DNA of 64,000 bases from Patescibacteria group bacterium (GCA_034003985.1 JAVEXP010000003.1:122643-186642), one strand, 5' to 3'; numbered from the stretch's first letter, positions 46,916-56,314 are shown. Notes: a model not told the origin generated them from the letters alone. A program made the numbers and translations.

Positions 46916-47179
46916 TCAGTTGGCCAACTGGGCCAACCAAATGCAGAATTGGAGGTACTCTGCTTCCGCCTGTTGGGCCAATTCGTTTTCCGCAGCCTCC
47001 TGGGCCGCAAGATGACTCATACCCAGGGCCTTAGCCTGGGCGGCGATTATGCCATCGACCAAGTCGACGGCCTGCTTCGCCACCGCATCATTGGCAATAG
47101 CGTGGGGTTCAGGATACCACTCCAGCCCGGTCAAAGCCTTGAATCGAACATATGCATCGTTCAAAACATGTCTTCTCAT
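46916..47179 (-). CDS. 87-aa hypothetical protein, GC-rich with strong SD
   Basis: AAGGAGG RBS 6 nt upstream of ATG (MRRHVLNDAYVRF...). Confidence 0.5.
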   Translation of the reverse strand: MRRHVLNDAYVRFKALTGLEWYPEPHAIANDAVAKQAVDLVDGIIAAQAKALGMSHLAAQEAAENELAQQAEAEYLQFCIWLAQLAN

Positions 47180-47197
47180 GATACCTCCTTGGCCGCG

Positions 47198-47329
47198 CTA
47201 GTGCTGACCGTTTTTTTTCCGACGAAACTTCTTCCTCTTTCCTCCTCCTGGCTTAGCACCGCAATGCTTGCCCGGACCGCCGTACTTAAGGTTACAAGCT
47301 CGTCGACCATACTTGCTACCGTGTGCCAT
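47198..47329 (-). CDS. 43-aa Lys/Gly-rich basic peptide, GC-rich with strong SD. Not in the ORF track
   Basis: AAGGAGATT RBS. MAHGSKYGRRACNLKYGGPGKHCGAKPGGGKRKKFRRKKNGQH. Promoter TTGACT-17-TAAGAT upstream. Confidence 0.4.
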   Translation of the reverse strand: MAHGSKYGRRACNLKYGGPGKHCGAKPGGGKRKKFRRKKNGQH

Positions 47330-47437
47330 GTGACTAATCTCCTTGTTGCTGGCTACCACAAATTACCGATTTGATTGCTGTTATCTTAGATATTTTCACC
47401 AATTAAGTCAAATGACAAAATATGATAAAATAATTAT

Positions 47438-48901
47438 ATGACTAAAATCCCAACCGGGCTTGAAACCGCCCAAAATAAACAATTTATTATTGCACTTAAA
47501 AAACGCTTCAGCCAGGCGGAATTGTTTTTGGTTGGCGGCATTGTCCGCGACGCTTTTTTAAACAAGCCGACCAAAGATATCGACTTAGTAATTCGCAATG
47601 TCAACAAAGCCCAACTGGAAAAATTCCTGGCCAGCCAAGGCAAAGTTAATCTGGTAGGAAAAAAATTCGGGGTCTTTAAATTCCTGCCTCGGGGTTGGCA
47701 AGGCCCAGAGATTGATATTGCCTTACCGCGTACTGAACACTCAATTGGTCTAAACGGCGGCTATAAAAATTTCAAAATTAACTCTAACGCCAAATTAAAA
47801 ATTGAAGACGACTTAAGCCGACGAGATTTTACCATCAACGCCATGGCCTGGGACATCACCAACCAAAAGTTAATTGATCCTTTCGGCGGGTTCAAGGATT
47901 TAGCAAAACGCACAATTAAAGCAGTTGGCCGGCCTGAACTAAGATTTAAAGAAGATTATTCGCGAATGCTGCGGGCAATCAGATTTTCCTGCCAGCTAGA
48001 TTTTAAAATTGAACAAGCAACCTGGAAAGCGATAATCAAGGAAATTAAAAAAATAAACAAAGTTGTGGCCGGCGAAAGAATCGTACCCCATGAAGTGATT
48101 GCCAAAGAGTTAGTTAAAGCAATCGGCACCAATCCGCTAAAGGCAATTGACTTATTAGATAAGAGCGGGGCCTTAAAGGTGCTCATCCCAGAATTATTAA
48201 AAATGAAAGGCTGTCCGCAGCCGCGTAAATGGCACACCGAAGGCGATTGCTGGAAACACACCCTGTTAGCGATTGCCAACCTAGCCAGCCAAAAATTTAA
48301 AAAAGAATTCCCGAATCAACCAATTACTGCTGAGTTAATTTGGGGATTATTATTTCACGATTTAGGCAAACCTTATACCATCAAACGAGCTGATCGCCTA
48401 AGATTCAATAACCACGATAATGTTTCGGCCAAAAAATTCGAAGAAATTGCCAGACGATTGAAATTGTCTTCGGCCAGTCTTGATATTGATAAAGTCAGCC
48501 AGCTGATTGCTAAACACATGTTCCCGACCCACAGCAAAAGTTCGGAGATGAAAGACACAACGGTTGAAAAATACTTCTTTAATCCTGATTTTCCAGGAGC
48601 AGAATTGATGATGTTGATTTTTGCCGATATTTCAGCTACCATACCCAAAACCGGCAAACCTGATTTTACCGAATATTTAATAATAAAGAAACGGATCGCC
48701 AAGTTAGCAAAGCAAGGTCGAGGCCAACAATTGCCAAAACCACTAGTTAATGGTAAGGATGTTATTAAAAAATTCCAATTAAAACCAGGGCCACAAATTG
48801 GCCAACTGCTTAACATTGCCCGGGAAGCCCAATTAACAGGCAAGGCCACAACTAAAAGCGCCATTTTAAAATTGCTGGCCAAAAAAATAAAAATATCATG
48901 A
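47438..48901 (+). CDS. cca: CCA-adding tRNA nucleotidyltransferase with HD domain
   Basis: GGIVRD, DIDL, RRDFTINAMA head-domain motifs. HDLGK HD motif. Confidence 0.85.
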   Translation: MTKIPTGLETAQNKQFIIALKKRFSQAELFLVGGIVRDAFLNKPTKDIDLVIRNVNKAQLEKFLASQGKVNLVGKKFGVFKFLPRGWQGPEIDIALPRTEHSIGLNGGYKNFKINSNAKLKIEDDLSRRDFTINAMAWDITNQKLIDPFGGFKDLAKRTIKAVGRPELRFKEDYSRMLRAIRFSCQLDFKIEQATWKAIIKEIKKINKVVAGERIVPHEVIAKELVKAIGTNPLKAIDLLDKSGALKVLIPELLKMKGCPQPRKWHTEGDCWKHTLLAIANLASQKFKKEFPNQPITAELIWGLLFHDLGKPYTIKRADRLRFNNHDNVSAKKFEEIARRLKLSSASLDIDKVSQLIAKHMFPTHSKSSEMKDTTVEKYFFNPDFPGAELMMLIFADISATIPKTGKPDFTEYLIIKKRIAKLAKQGRGQQLPKPLVNGKDVIKKFQLKPGPQIGQLLNIAREAQLTGKATTKSAILKLLAKKIKIS

Positions 48902-49881
48902 AAAAAACCATCACGATCAAAGAAAATGAAAGTCATAACCGTCTAGATAAAATTTTGGTTACCCAGCTGCCGGAGCTGACCAGATCACAAATTCAAAAAA
49001 TGATAAAACATGGTATAATCTTAGTTAATAATAAACCAGCTAAAGTCCATGAATTCCTTAAAGCTGGTGATACCATAATCATAGATTCTTCGGAAGGCAT
49101 GAACCCAATTAAGAAACCAACAACAACAGAAACACCAATGGCCATAATTGGTCAACCAAAAATAATTTTTGAAAATGATGACTTTATTGTGATCGAAAAG
49201 CCCAGCGGCATGCTCACCCACCCGACCGACAAAGGCGAAACTGATACCCTAGTTGACTGGTTGGCGAATCTTTATCCGGAAATCGAAAAAATCGGCGAAT
49301 ACAAATACCGCGGCGGCATAATCCATCGATTGGACAGAGAAGTCTCGGGCGTTATGGTGGCGGCCAAAAGCGAAGCAGGGTTTTATCATCTCAAAAAACA
49401 ATTTAAAGAAAGGAAAGTCAAAAAAATATATCTGGCTTTGGTATACGGCCGAATTGAAGATAGCAACGGTGAAATTAATCTACCGATTGGCCGCAACAAA
49501 GACGGACAATTTGTCGCTCATCCCCGCCAAGGCAAACTCAAATTTTTGGCTTCCGATAAAATCGCCAAAACCAAATATAAAGTGCTAGAATATATAAAAG
49601 ATTATAGTTTGGTAGAGGTAAAAATTCTAACCGGTCGCACCCACCAAATCAGAGCCCATTTTTATGCCATTGGCCATCCGATTTTAGGTGATCAGATTTA
49701 TAAACCAAAAAAGAAATTTTTTACTTTTTTAAGAAGGAAAATAAAAGTAATCAACCCAAAAAGAATATTTTTGCATTCCCAACAAATTGGTTTCTACAAT
49801 TTAAATAATCAATGGGTAGAATTCAATTCTTCCCTGCCAGAAATTTTAACTGAGTTCATCAATGACCAAAAAAACAAATAA
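48898..49881 (+). CDS. rluD: RluA-family 23S rRNA pseudouridine synthase (RluD-like) with S4 domain
   Basis: HRLDREVSGVMV catalytic motif. N-terminal S4. Confidence 0.8.
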   Translation: MKKTITIKENESHNRLDKILVTQLPELTRSQIQKMIKHGIILVNNKPAKVHEFLKAGDTIIIDSSEGMNPIKKPTTTETPMAIIGQPKIIFENDDFIVIEKPSGMLTHPTDKGETDTLVDWLANLYPEIEKIGEYKYRGGIIHRLDREVSGVMVAAKSEAGFYHLKKQFKERKVKKIYLALVYGRIEDSNGEINLPIGRNKDGQFVAHPRQGKLKFLASDKIAKTKYKVLEYIKDYSLVEVKILTGRTHQIRAHFYAIGHPILGDQIYKPKKKFFTFLRRKIKVINPKRIFLHSQQIGFYNLNNQWVEFNSSLPEILTEFINDQKNK

Positions 49882-50437
49882 AATCTTCATCATCTCCGGA
49901 CCGTCCGGAGTCGGCAAAACCAGTGTCGCCAAAGGAGTTTTAAAAAAACTGCCTTTTTTGAAAACGACTTTAACCTACACAACCAGAACTAAACGGCTGG
50001 GCAAAAAAGAAGACAAAACCATTATCCATATCTCCGAGGAAGAATTCCGTTCAAAAGTCGCAACTAATGACTTTTTGGAATGGGCAGTGGTCCACAATAA
50101 TTTGTATGGCACCGACGCCAAATTTGTCAAACAGGAATTGAAAAAAAATAGCTTACTGATGAACATTGATGTCCAAGGGGCATTGCAAATAAAAAAGAAA
50201 ATGCCAGAAGAAACGATTCTGGTGTTTCTTAAACCAGAAAATGTTAAAATCCTGGCCAAACGCATTATCCAGCGGGAAAAAATGCCAGCAGCAATCCTCG
50301 AAATTAGGCTAAAAAATGCTAAAAAAGAAATGGCGTTGGCCAAAAAATACGACTATATTATTACTAACAAAACTGGTCAATTGAAGGCTACTGTCAAAGA
50401 AGTTATGGCCATTATTGATCAGAACACCAAATCTTGA
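49862..50437 (+). CDS. gmk: guanylate kinase
   Basis: ISGPSGVGKTSV P-loop. 191 aa. Confidence 0.85.
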   Translation: MTKKTNKIFIISGPSGVGKTSVAKGVLKKLPFLKTTLTYTTRTKRLGKKEDKTIIHISEEEFRSKVATNDFLEWAVVHNNLYGTDAKFVKQELKKNSLLMNIDVQGALQIKKKMPEETILVFLKPENVKILAKRIIQREKMPAAILEIRLKNAKKEMALAKKYDYIITNKTGQLKATVKEVMAIIDQNTKS

Positions 50438-50501
50438 CTTTTTTAGATTTTTAGATTATAGTTTAGGGGTATTAATTTTTAAACAAAGCACATAAAATCA
50501 T

Positions 50502-50882
50502 ATGGCTGAAGAAAAAATCGCTGCCAAGGAAGCTAAAACGGAGCAGAAAAAAACCGATAACCAAACTTTGCCAGATATCAAACCGGGTATGACTGTCAAG
50601 GTTCACCAACAGATTACCGAGCAAGGGCCAAAAGGCGAAAAGAAAAGAGTTCAGGTATTTCAGGGGATAGTTCTGGCTCACAAGCATGGAAAAGAAAAAG
50701 GATCCACCATTACCGTTCGAAAAATTTCCGATGGAGTTGGCGTCGAAAAAATCTTTCCCCTCAACTCACCAACCGTTGTTAAAATTGAACCGGTCAAACA
50801 AGCCAAAGTCAGCAAATCAAAACTCTACTATTTGCGCGGCTACAAAAAGCGCTTGAAAGAAACCAAAATCGAAACTAAATAA
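50502..50882 (+). CDS. rplS: 50S ribosomal protein L19 with Lys/Glu-rich N-terminal extension
   Basis: GMTVKVHQQITEQG...RVQVFQGIV...RKIS motifs. Confidence 0.85.
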   Translation: MAEEKIAAKEAKTEQKKTDNQTLPDIKPGMTVKVHQQITEQGPKGEKKRVQVFQGIVLAHKHGKEKGSTITVRKISDGVGVEKIFPLNSPTVVKIEPVKQAKVSKSKLYYLRGYKKRLKETKIETK

Positions 50883-50937
50883 CAAGGCTTAACCGGCGGC
50901 CGGGTGGCAGCAATAGACTTGCCCGCCAACGCCTCGG

Positions 50938-51022
50938 GCCGAAGTGGTGGAATTGGTAGACACGCAGGCTTGAGGGGCTTGTCCTCATCATGAGGGTGGG
51001 GGTTCAAATCCCCCCTTCGGCA
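50938..51022 (+). tRNA. tRNA-Leu (anticodon GAG), long variable arm
   Basis: GCCGAAGTGGTGGAATTGGTAGAC... Anticodon loop TTGAGGG. Variable arm CCTCAT/ATGAGG. No encoded CCA. Confidence 0.75.
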
Positions 51023-51102
51023 TTAAACACGGCAGGCGGGTACGCAGACTTAAAGAGCCTACGACGGCAATTTTTTAAAAATTGAAACCCTCTCGTCCGC
51101 GT

Positions 51103-51179
51103 GGGTTCGTAGCTCAGCTGGTTAGAGCGCTTCGCTTACACCGAAGAGGTCAGAGGTTCGAATCCTCTCGGACCCACCA
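51103..51179 (+). tRNA. tRNA-Val (anticodon TAC)
   Basis: Anticodon stem CTTCG/CGAAG with loop CTTACAC. CCA encoded. Confidence 0.8.
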
Positions 51180-51189
51180 ATAATAAAAT

Positions 51190-51447
51190 ATGATTGGTCA
51201 AATAATACTTGGCATTATTATCGCCGCTATCGGAGCATTGGTAACAATAAAATCTGAATGGTTTTATCAAAATTTTGGCAGCATTCCGTCAGCCGATAAA
51301 TATCTTGGCACCGAAGGCGGTAGCCGACTGGCCTATAAATTAATTGGCATAATAATTGCTATCATCGGCTTTTTGATAATGACCAATTTAGTAGAAGCGG
51401 TCTTGCAATCATTGGCTGCCATATTAATCCCCGGCTCGGGTAGATAG
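51190..51447 (+). CDS. small (85 aa) two-TM membrane protein
   Basis: Hydrophobic ORF between tRNA genes. Confidence 0.35.
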   Translation: MIGQIILGIIIAAIGALVTIKSEWFYQNFGSIPSADKYLGTEGGSRLAYKLIGIIIAIIGFLIMTNLVEAVLQSLAAILIPGSGR

Positions 51448-51514
51448 GACCCATAGTTCAGTTGATCGGGATAACTGTTTTATCCCGCCCAACATAGATT
51501 AACGGGATTCCGAC
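51447..51514 (+). pseudogene. tRNA-like remnant (duplicate of the tRNA-Ala 5' half)
   Basis: GGACCCATAGTTCAGTTGATCGGGATA resembles GGGCCCGTAGTTCAGCTGGTTAGAAT. No complete cloverleaf. Confidence 0.3.
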
Positions 51515-51522
51515 AAACTTTT

Positions 51523-51596
51523 GGGCCCGTAGTTCAGCTGGTTAGAATGCCTGCTTTGCAAGCAGGAGGTCAGCGGTTCGAATCCGCTCGGGTCCA
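51523..51596 (+). tRNA. tRNA-Ala (anticodon TGC)
   Basis: Anticodon stem CCTGC/GCAGG with loop TTTGCAA. T-arm GCGGTTCGAATCCGC. Confidence 0.8.
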
Positions 51597-51689
51597 AAAG
51601 TTTGTCGGGACAAGTCAGAAAAAAATCAACGATTCAAATCAGTTTAAATCCGGCAAAACTTTTTACTAAAAAATAAAAAATGATAATTT

Positions 51690-51720
51690 GCGCTAGCAGT
51701 AATGCTAGTTTTTGTTTTTT
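51690..51720 (+). terminator. intrinsic terminator after tRNA-Ala
   Basis: GCTAGCA-gtaa-TGCTAG plus T-run. Confidence 0.6.
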
Positions 51721-51954
51721 GATAAAAAACAACCAAATAAAAAACTAAAACTTATTTTCAAAATTCAAAAATAAAATATTTGACTGCTTAAATTAGTAAA
51801 AGTTATCCACAGTTTGACAAAAAAAACATTGTTAATTATAAAAAAAAACTTTATAATTAAAACAAGGTACAATTTCGTTTTTTGCAAAAACAAAAATAAA
51901 TTAATTTTGAATTCATAATCTTGAATTCACAAATGTGAAAGGAGGTGAAATCAA

Positions 51955-52083
51955 ATGCCAGCTAAAAAGAAAGTTGCTAAAAAGAAAACAGCTGCTAAGC
52001 GCAAACCGGCCAAAAAGGTAGCCAAGAAAAAAGTTGCCAAAAAAACTGCCAAGAAAAAACCGGCGAAAAGAAAAAAACGCTAA
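51955..52083 (+). CDS. 42-aa Lys/Ala-rich histone H1/HC1-like basic protein. Not in the ORF track
   Basis: GAAAGGAGGTGA RBS. MPAKKKVAKKKTAAKRKPAKKVAKKKVAKKTAKKKPAKRKKR. Terminator follows. Confidence 0.5.
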   Translation: MPAKKKVAKKKTAAKRKPAKKVAKKKVAKKTAKKKPAKRKKR

Positions 52084-52104
52084 GCACTAGATTTCATAAA
52101 CAAA

Positions 52105-52130
52105 AATCCCTGTCAAGCAGGGGTTTTTGT
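52105..52130. terminator. bidirectional intrinsic terminator
   Basis: TCCCTG-tcaag-CAGGGG flanked by A5 and T5. Confidence 0.7.
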
Positions 52131-52150
52131 TTCATCTAAAAATTCAATAA

Positions 52151-53434
52151 TCAAATGAGTTTATCTTGAGTTGGACGCTTCAGCTGGCCTGGTTTCAAAG
52201 TTTTGATTATTCCGTATTCCCCATCATAACCGGCGATTGGCTCAACCTGTTGTTCGCGAACATTTTTAATAGCTAAAACCAATTCTGGGGGCATTATTTC
52301 CTGAAGACGGTGATATTCAATATCTAATAAAATAGAAAATTCACTACCCAGCTTGGCAATTAGATCATCATAGAGCAAGGCAACTTTTTTGGATCCCTTG
52401 CCCACCCCCAAAACTTCGGCGATAATTTCGGGCAGCGGGACAATACTTTTGTAAGGAACGGCATTTGCCAATTGACCGATTGGTCGATCAGCCAACTGGT
52501 CAACTCGGTTAAGCACGCCGACGGTTAAAGGCTTCTTGCAAACCGGACAAATACCCTTAACTTTTTTAGTCTGGCTTGGAGAATAATTAATGCTACAGCC
52601 GCGATGACCATCATGATGATATTTTCCTTCCTCGGGAAAAAATTCGATGGTATATAAAAATTTGCTGCGGTCTTTGGTTTCGATTATTTTTTTGATTTCG
52701 CCATAGCTAAGTTCTGATTCAACAATTTCAAAAGCATTAGCCTCACGACCAAGATTGGCCGGTGAATGAGCATCAGAATTAGAAATCAAAGTAATATTGT
52801 CCAAGGCAGACCAACGCCAGTTCATCGGCGGATCTGAACTTAAGCCGGTTTCAATGGCATGGATATGCTTGGTCATTGAGCCAAAGCATTCGGCCAAGGA
52901 ATCAAAGCCGGAATTGGAGCCAAAAACTGAAAACCAGGGCGTCCAAGCATGAGCCGGAATAACCATTGATTCAGCATTAGCGTCCAAAACTATTTTAGTC
53001 ACCTCTTCGGCGCTTAAACCCATAATCGGGCGGCCATCAGATTTTAAATTGACTCCCCGCTTTTCCAAAGCAAGATTTATTTTAGCCACCGTAACAAAAT
53101 CCGGCACAAACAAACAAAGATGAATTCTTCTAACTTTGCCGCCTTGAGAATAGATACAGCTGATTTCAGTCGTAATCATAAAAAGCACCTGAGAATCAGC
53201 CGACTCCGACTTGATCTCGTTCAGACGGTTTGATTTCAATTTATATAAACCGGCTCGATCTTCAGTTAATTTGACTTGCAACTCCTTGAACCAAGCTGGA
53301 TGAGTAAAATCGGCGGTACCAACGATTTGAATGCCTTTTTTCTTAGCCCAAATTTCATTATGCTCAAGATCTAAATCCTTGGAACAAGCCCGAGAATATT
53401 TGGAATGGAGATGTAAATCGGCAATGTAACGCAT
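52151..53434 (-). CDS. PHP-domain metallophosphoesterase with zinc finger, endonuclease Q-like
   Basis: N-terminal IADLHLHSKYS PHP motif. CPVCKKPLTVG zinc-finger element. About 427 aa, as in EndoQ. Confidence 0.5.
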   Translation of the reverse strand: MRYIADLHLHSKYSRACSKDLDLEHNEIWAKKKGIQIVGTADFTHPAWFKELQVKLTEDRAGLYKLKSNRLNEIKSESADSQVLFMITTEISCIYSQGGKVRRIHLCLFVPDFVTVAKINLALEKRGVNLKSDGRPIMGLSAEEVTKIVLDANAESMVIPAHAWTPWFSVFGSNSGFDSLAECFGSMTKHIHAIETGLSSDPPMNWRWSALDNITLISNSDAHSPANLGREANAFEIVESELSYGEIKKIIETKDRSKFLYTIEFFPEEGKYHHDGHRGCSINYSPSQTKKVKGICPVCKKPLTVGVLNRVDQLADRPIGQLANAVPYKSIVPLPEIIAEVLGVGKGSKKVALLYDDLIAKLGSEFSILLDIEYHRLQEIMPPELVLAIKNVREQQVEPIAGYDGEYGIIKTLKPGQLKRPTQDKLI

Positions 53435-53487
53435 AGGTTAACGCACTAAACAATACTAAATTACAGCAGTGACCAAAATTAATTAGT

Positions 53488-54234
53488 TCAAAGCAGTTCT
53501 TCAATTAAAGTCAATTGAGCCTCATTATTAACACCCAAAGCTTCTTTGGGATCAATGGCCACCGTACTAATTGGTTCACCTTGACTGCGGGCAATTTTAA
53601 TCAAATCAGTTAAATAGTATTCGCCCTGAACATTGTGATTGCCCAAGTCATCCAAATTCGACCAAAGCCAAGAAGCTTTAAAACAGAAATAGCTGGGGTT
53701 TAGTTCTTTGATTTCAAGCATCTCGGCGGTAGCGTCTTTCTTTTCAACAATACTTTGAACATTGCCGTTGTAGTCGCGAACAATTCGGCCGAAGTCATAA
53801 TAACCTTCACGCCAATCGGCAAAATCATTAACCGTCACCGTGCCCATGGTAATGACGGTTTGGGACGCCAAGTGGACAGCAACAATTTTTCTAATCGTCG
53901 CCGAGCTAACCAAAGGTTGGTCACTATACAAAACCAAAATATTTTCCGCTTGGTTTTCCAAGACTGGTCGGGCAACCATCAAAGCATGGCCGGTCCCCAA
54001 CTGGGGCGACTGCAAAACATAAATATAATCCGGCCCCAAAGTTTGTTGGACTTGTTCGGCCAGTTTACCCACAATAATCACCGGTTTGGTAGCCAAATCG
54101 GATTTAGCGACAGCTTCCAACAAATAAGCAATCAAGGGCTTACCCTTAAGCGGCGTCAACGCCTTGGGCAAACTATGATTATTCATCCGCTTACCCAAAC
54201 CAGCGGCTAAAATAACAACTTTGAATTTAGACAT
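53488..54234 (-). CDS. sugar-1-phosphate nucleotidyltransferase, GlmU N-terminal (UDP-GlcNAc pyrophosphorylase) domain-like
   Basis: LAAGLGKRM and QLGTGHAL motifs. Lacks the LbH acetyltransferase domain. Confidence 0.7.
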   Translation of the reverse strand: MSKFKVVILAAGLGKRMNNHSLPKALTPLKGKPLIAYLLEAVAKSDLATKPVIIVGKLAEQVQQTLGPDYIYVLQSPQLGTGHALMVARPVLENQAENILVLYSDQPLVSSATIRKIVAVHLASQTVITMGTVTVNDFADWREGYYDFGRIVRDYNGNVQSIVEKKDATAEMLEIKELNPSYFCFKASWLWSNLDDLGNHNVQGEYYLTDLIKIARSQGEPISTVAIDPKEALGVNNEAQLTLIEELL

Positions 54235-55009
54235 TTAGGATAAATTTTAATTTATCAGTTAACTGTTTGTTGGTGGCCATAATCTGAATAAAACCGTCTT
54301 GTAAAGCAGCTAAATCAACCGTCTCGCCGCCAGCCTCTCTGACAATCAACAACGAAGCAGCATGACTTAAAGCCTGGCTGGTTCCGGAAAAATCAAGGTA
54401 AGCGTCAAAAGCGCCGCTGGCGACCAAACATTGACCGAATGATCCGATGCGAAAAGTTTCAATTTGGCGGCACTGTTTAACCAATTGGGTCACCAGTTCC
54501 ATTTTCTGGTCAAAATCAGGCTGGTTGTCAAATTTCTTTTCGGGCAGTTCAACAAAAACGAACGCCTTGGCCAAATCAACTTGATCAGAAACTTTAATTC
54601 TGATCCCGTTTAAATAAGCACCCTCGCCATACTGGGCAAAAAATAATTGGTTAGTTTGGGCGGCATTAACCGTTCCCAAAATTGTCTGACCATTATGTTG
54701 CAAGGCAATGTTGGTGGTATATACCGGAATATCACGACTAAAATGGGAACTGCCTTCCAACGGGTCAATCAACCAAACATAATCTTTAGTCGGCTTAGCA
54801 TTATCGCCCTGGATAATAACTTGATGATCCGGGTATTGGCGGCTGATTCGCCGATGCAAAATCTCGGCTAATTCCAAATCAATATTGGTAACCAAATTCC
54901 CCGAATCATGTTCAATGACATTCTTAAAAGTGTAAAAATGATTACGCAGATACTCCCCGGTTTCGGCCGAAACTTGGACAATAAATTGTTTTAATGCGAT
55001 TTCTGACAT
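54227..55009 (-). CDS. inositol monophosphatase / 3'(2'),5'-bisphosphate nucleotidase family
   Basis: WLIDPLEGSSHF (DPxDGT-type) and metal-binding motifs. Confidence 0.75.
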   Translation of the reverse strand: MSEIALKQFIVQVSAETGEYLRNHFYTFKNVIEHDSGNLVTNIDLELAEILHRRISRQYPDHQVIIQGDNAKPTKDYVWLIDPLEGSSHFSRDIPVYTTNIALQHNGQTILGTVNAAQTNQLFFAQYGEGAYLNGIRIKVSDQVDLAKAFVFVELPEKKFDNQPDFDQKMELVTQLVKQCRQIETFRIGSFGQCLVASGAFDAYLDFSGTSQALSHAASLLIVREAGGETVDLAALQDGFIQIMATNKQLTDKLKFILNV

Positions 55010-55010
55010 A

Positions 55011-56252
55011 TTAAATAATATTCATTTCTTTACCAACCTTGGCTAAAATTTCCAAAGCCTGATCCAAATGTTGTTTAGTATGAGCGGCTGAAACCTGAAA
55101 ACGCAACCGAGAAGTGCCTTCGGGCACGACCGGAAACCACAATCCCACGACATACAAACCCTCAGCAAGCAATCTTTTACTCATTTCCTGCGCCACCTTG
55201 GCTTCACCGAGCATAACCGGCACGATCGGATGACTGCCCGGCAAAGTCTTAAACCCCAGTTTTTTAACCTTGTTACGGAAATATTTGCTGTTATTCTGAA
55301 CTTTATTGCTGAATTTTTTATTATTTTGTTCTACCAATGTCAACGCTTTAATTGAGGCCTTAACCACCGAAGGCGGCAATGAATTGGAAAACAAATATGT
55401 CCGAGACTTTTGCCTCAATAAATCAATAATTTCTTTTTTGCCGGCAAGGTAACCGCCGACCGCGCCGCCCAAAGCTTTGCCCAAAGTGCCGGATAAAATG
55501 TCAATTTTGCCATGCACACCACAGGCCTGCGGGCTGCCGCCGCCGGTTTCGCCCAAGACACCAATGCCATGAGCATCATCGACAAATAGCAAGGCTTGAT
55601 ATTTTTCGGCCAGCTCAACCAATTCTTTCAAAGGTGCTGTCTCCCCTTCCATACTAAACACACCATCGGTGGCAATGATTTTGAAACGGAAATCTTTTCC
55701 GCTGTCTTCTTGCAGCATTTTTTCCAGGGAGACCAGATCGGCGTGCGGGTAAATTCGTTTTTCCAGATTCGCTTTCTTGACCAACTTGAAGGCGTCGATA
55801 ATACTGGCGTGATTTAATTCGTCGCTATAGATCACATCCTGATATTGTTCTGAACCCAGCGGCTCATTGATTAATGTGGCAAAAAACCCCAGATTGGCCA
55901 TAAAACAAGTGGAATATAAAATCGCGTCTTCGCAGCCCAAAAATTCAGCCAACTTTTTCTCCAAGATTAAATGCCAATCTTGAGTGCCACAAATAAAGCG
56001 CACCGACGACAAGCCAAAGCCGTATTCTTTCAAACCATCTTTGGCGGCTTTGACGATTTCTTTGTGGTTGCCCAGACCAAGATAATTATTGGAAGCAAAC
56101 ATTAACACTTTCTTGCCGTTGATTTCCACTTCCGGCCCCTGGGCGCTGGTTAAGATACGCTCGGTCTTGTATTTGCCGCCAGCCTGCAAATTTTTTAGTT
56201 CTTGATTAATATCGTCAAGTAATTTTTGAGGATACATATGATTAATTTTCAA
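55011..56252 (-). CDS. kbl: 2-amino-3-ketobutyrate CoA ligase / 8-amino-7-oxononanoate synthase family (class II PLP aminotransferase)
   Basis: PLP lysine region SGTLGKALG. Adjacent to a threonine-dehydrogenase-like gene. Confidence 0.7.
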   Translation of the reverse strand: MKINHMYPQKLLDDINQELKNLQAGGKYKTERILTSAQGPEVEINGKKVLMFASNNYLGLGNHKEIVKAAKDGLKEYGFGLSSVRFICGTQDWHLILEKKLAEFLGCEDAILYSTCFMANLGFFATLINEPLGSEQYQDVIYSDELNHASIIDAFKLVKKANLEKRIYPHADLVSLEKMLQEDSGKDFRFKIIATDGVFSMEGETAPLKELVELAEKYQALLFVDDAHGIGVLGETGGGSPQACGVHGKIDILSGTLGKALGGAVGGYLAGKKEIIDLLRQKSRTYLFSNSLPPSVVKASIKALTLVEQNNKKFSNKVQNNSKYFRNKVKKLGFKTLPGSHPIVPVMLGEAKVAQEMSKRLLAEGLYVVGLWFPVVPEGTSRLRFQVSAAHTKQHLDQALEILAKVGKEMNII

Positions 56253-56314
56253 TTTATAATTTTGAATGAATTATTAATATTTAATAATTATAATTCTGAA
56301 TAAAAATTCAAAAT

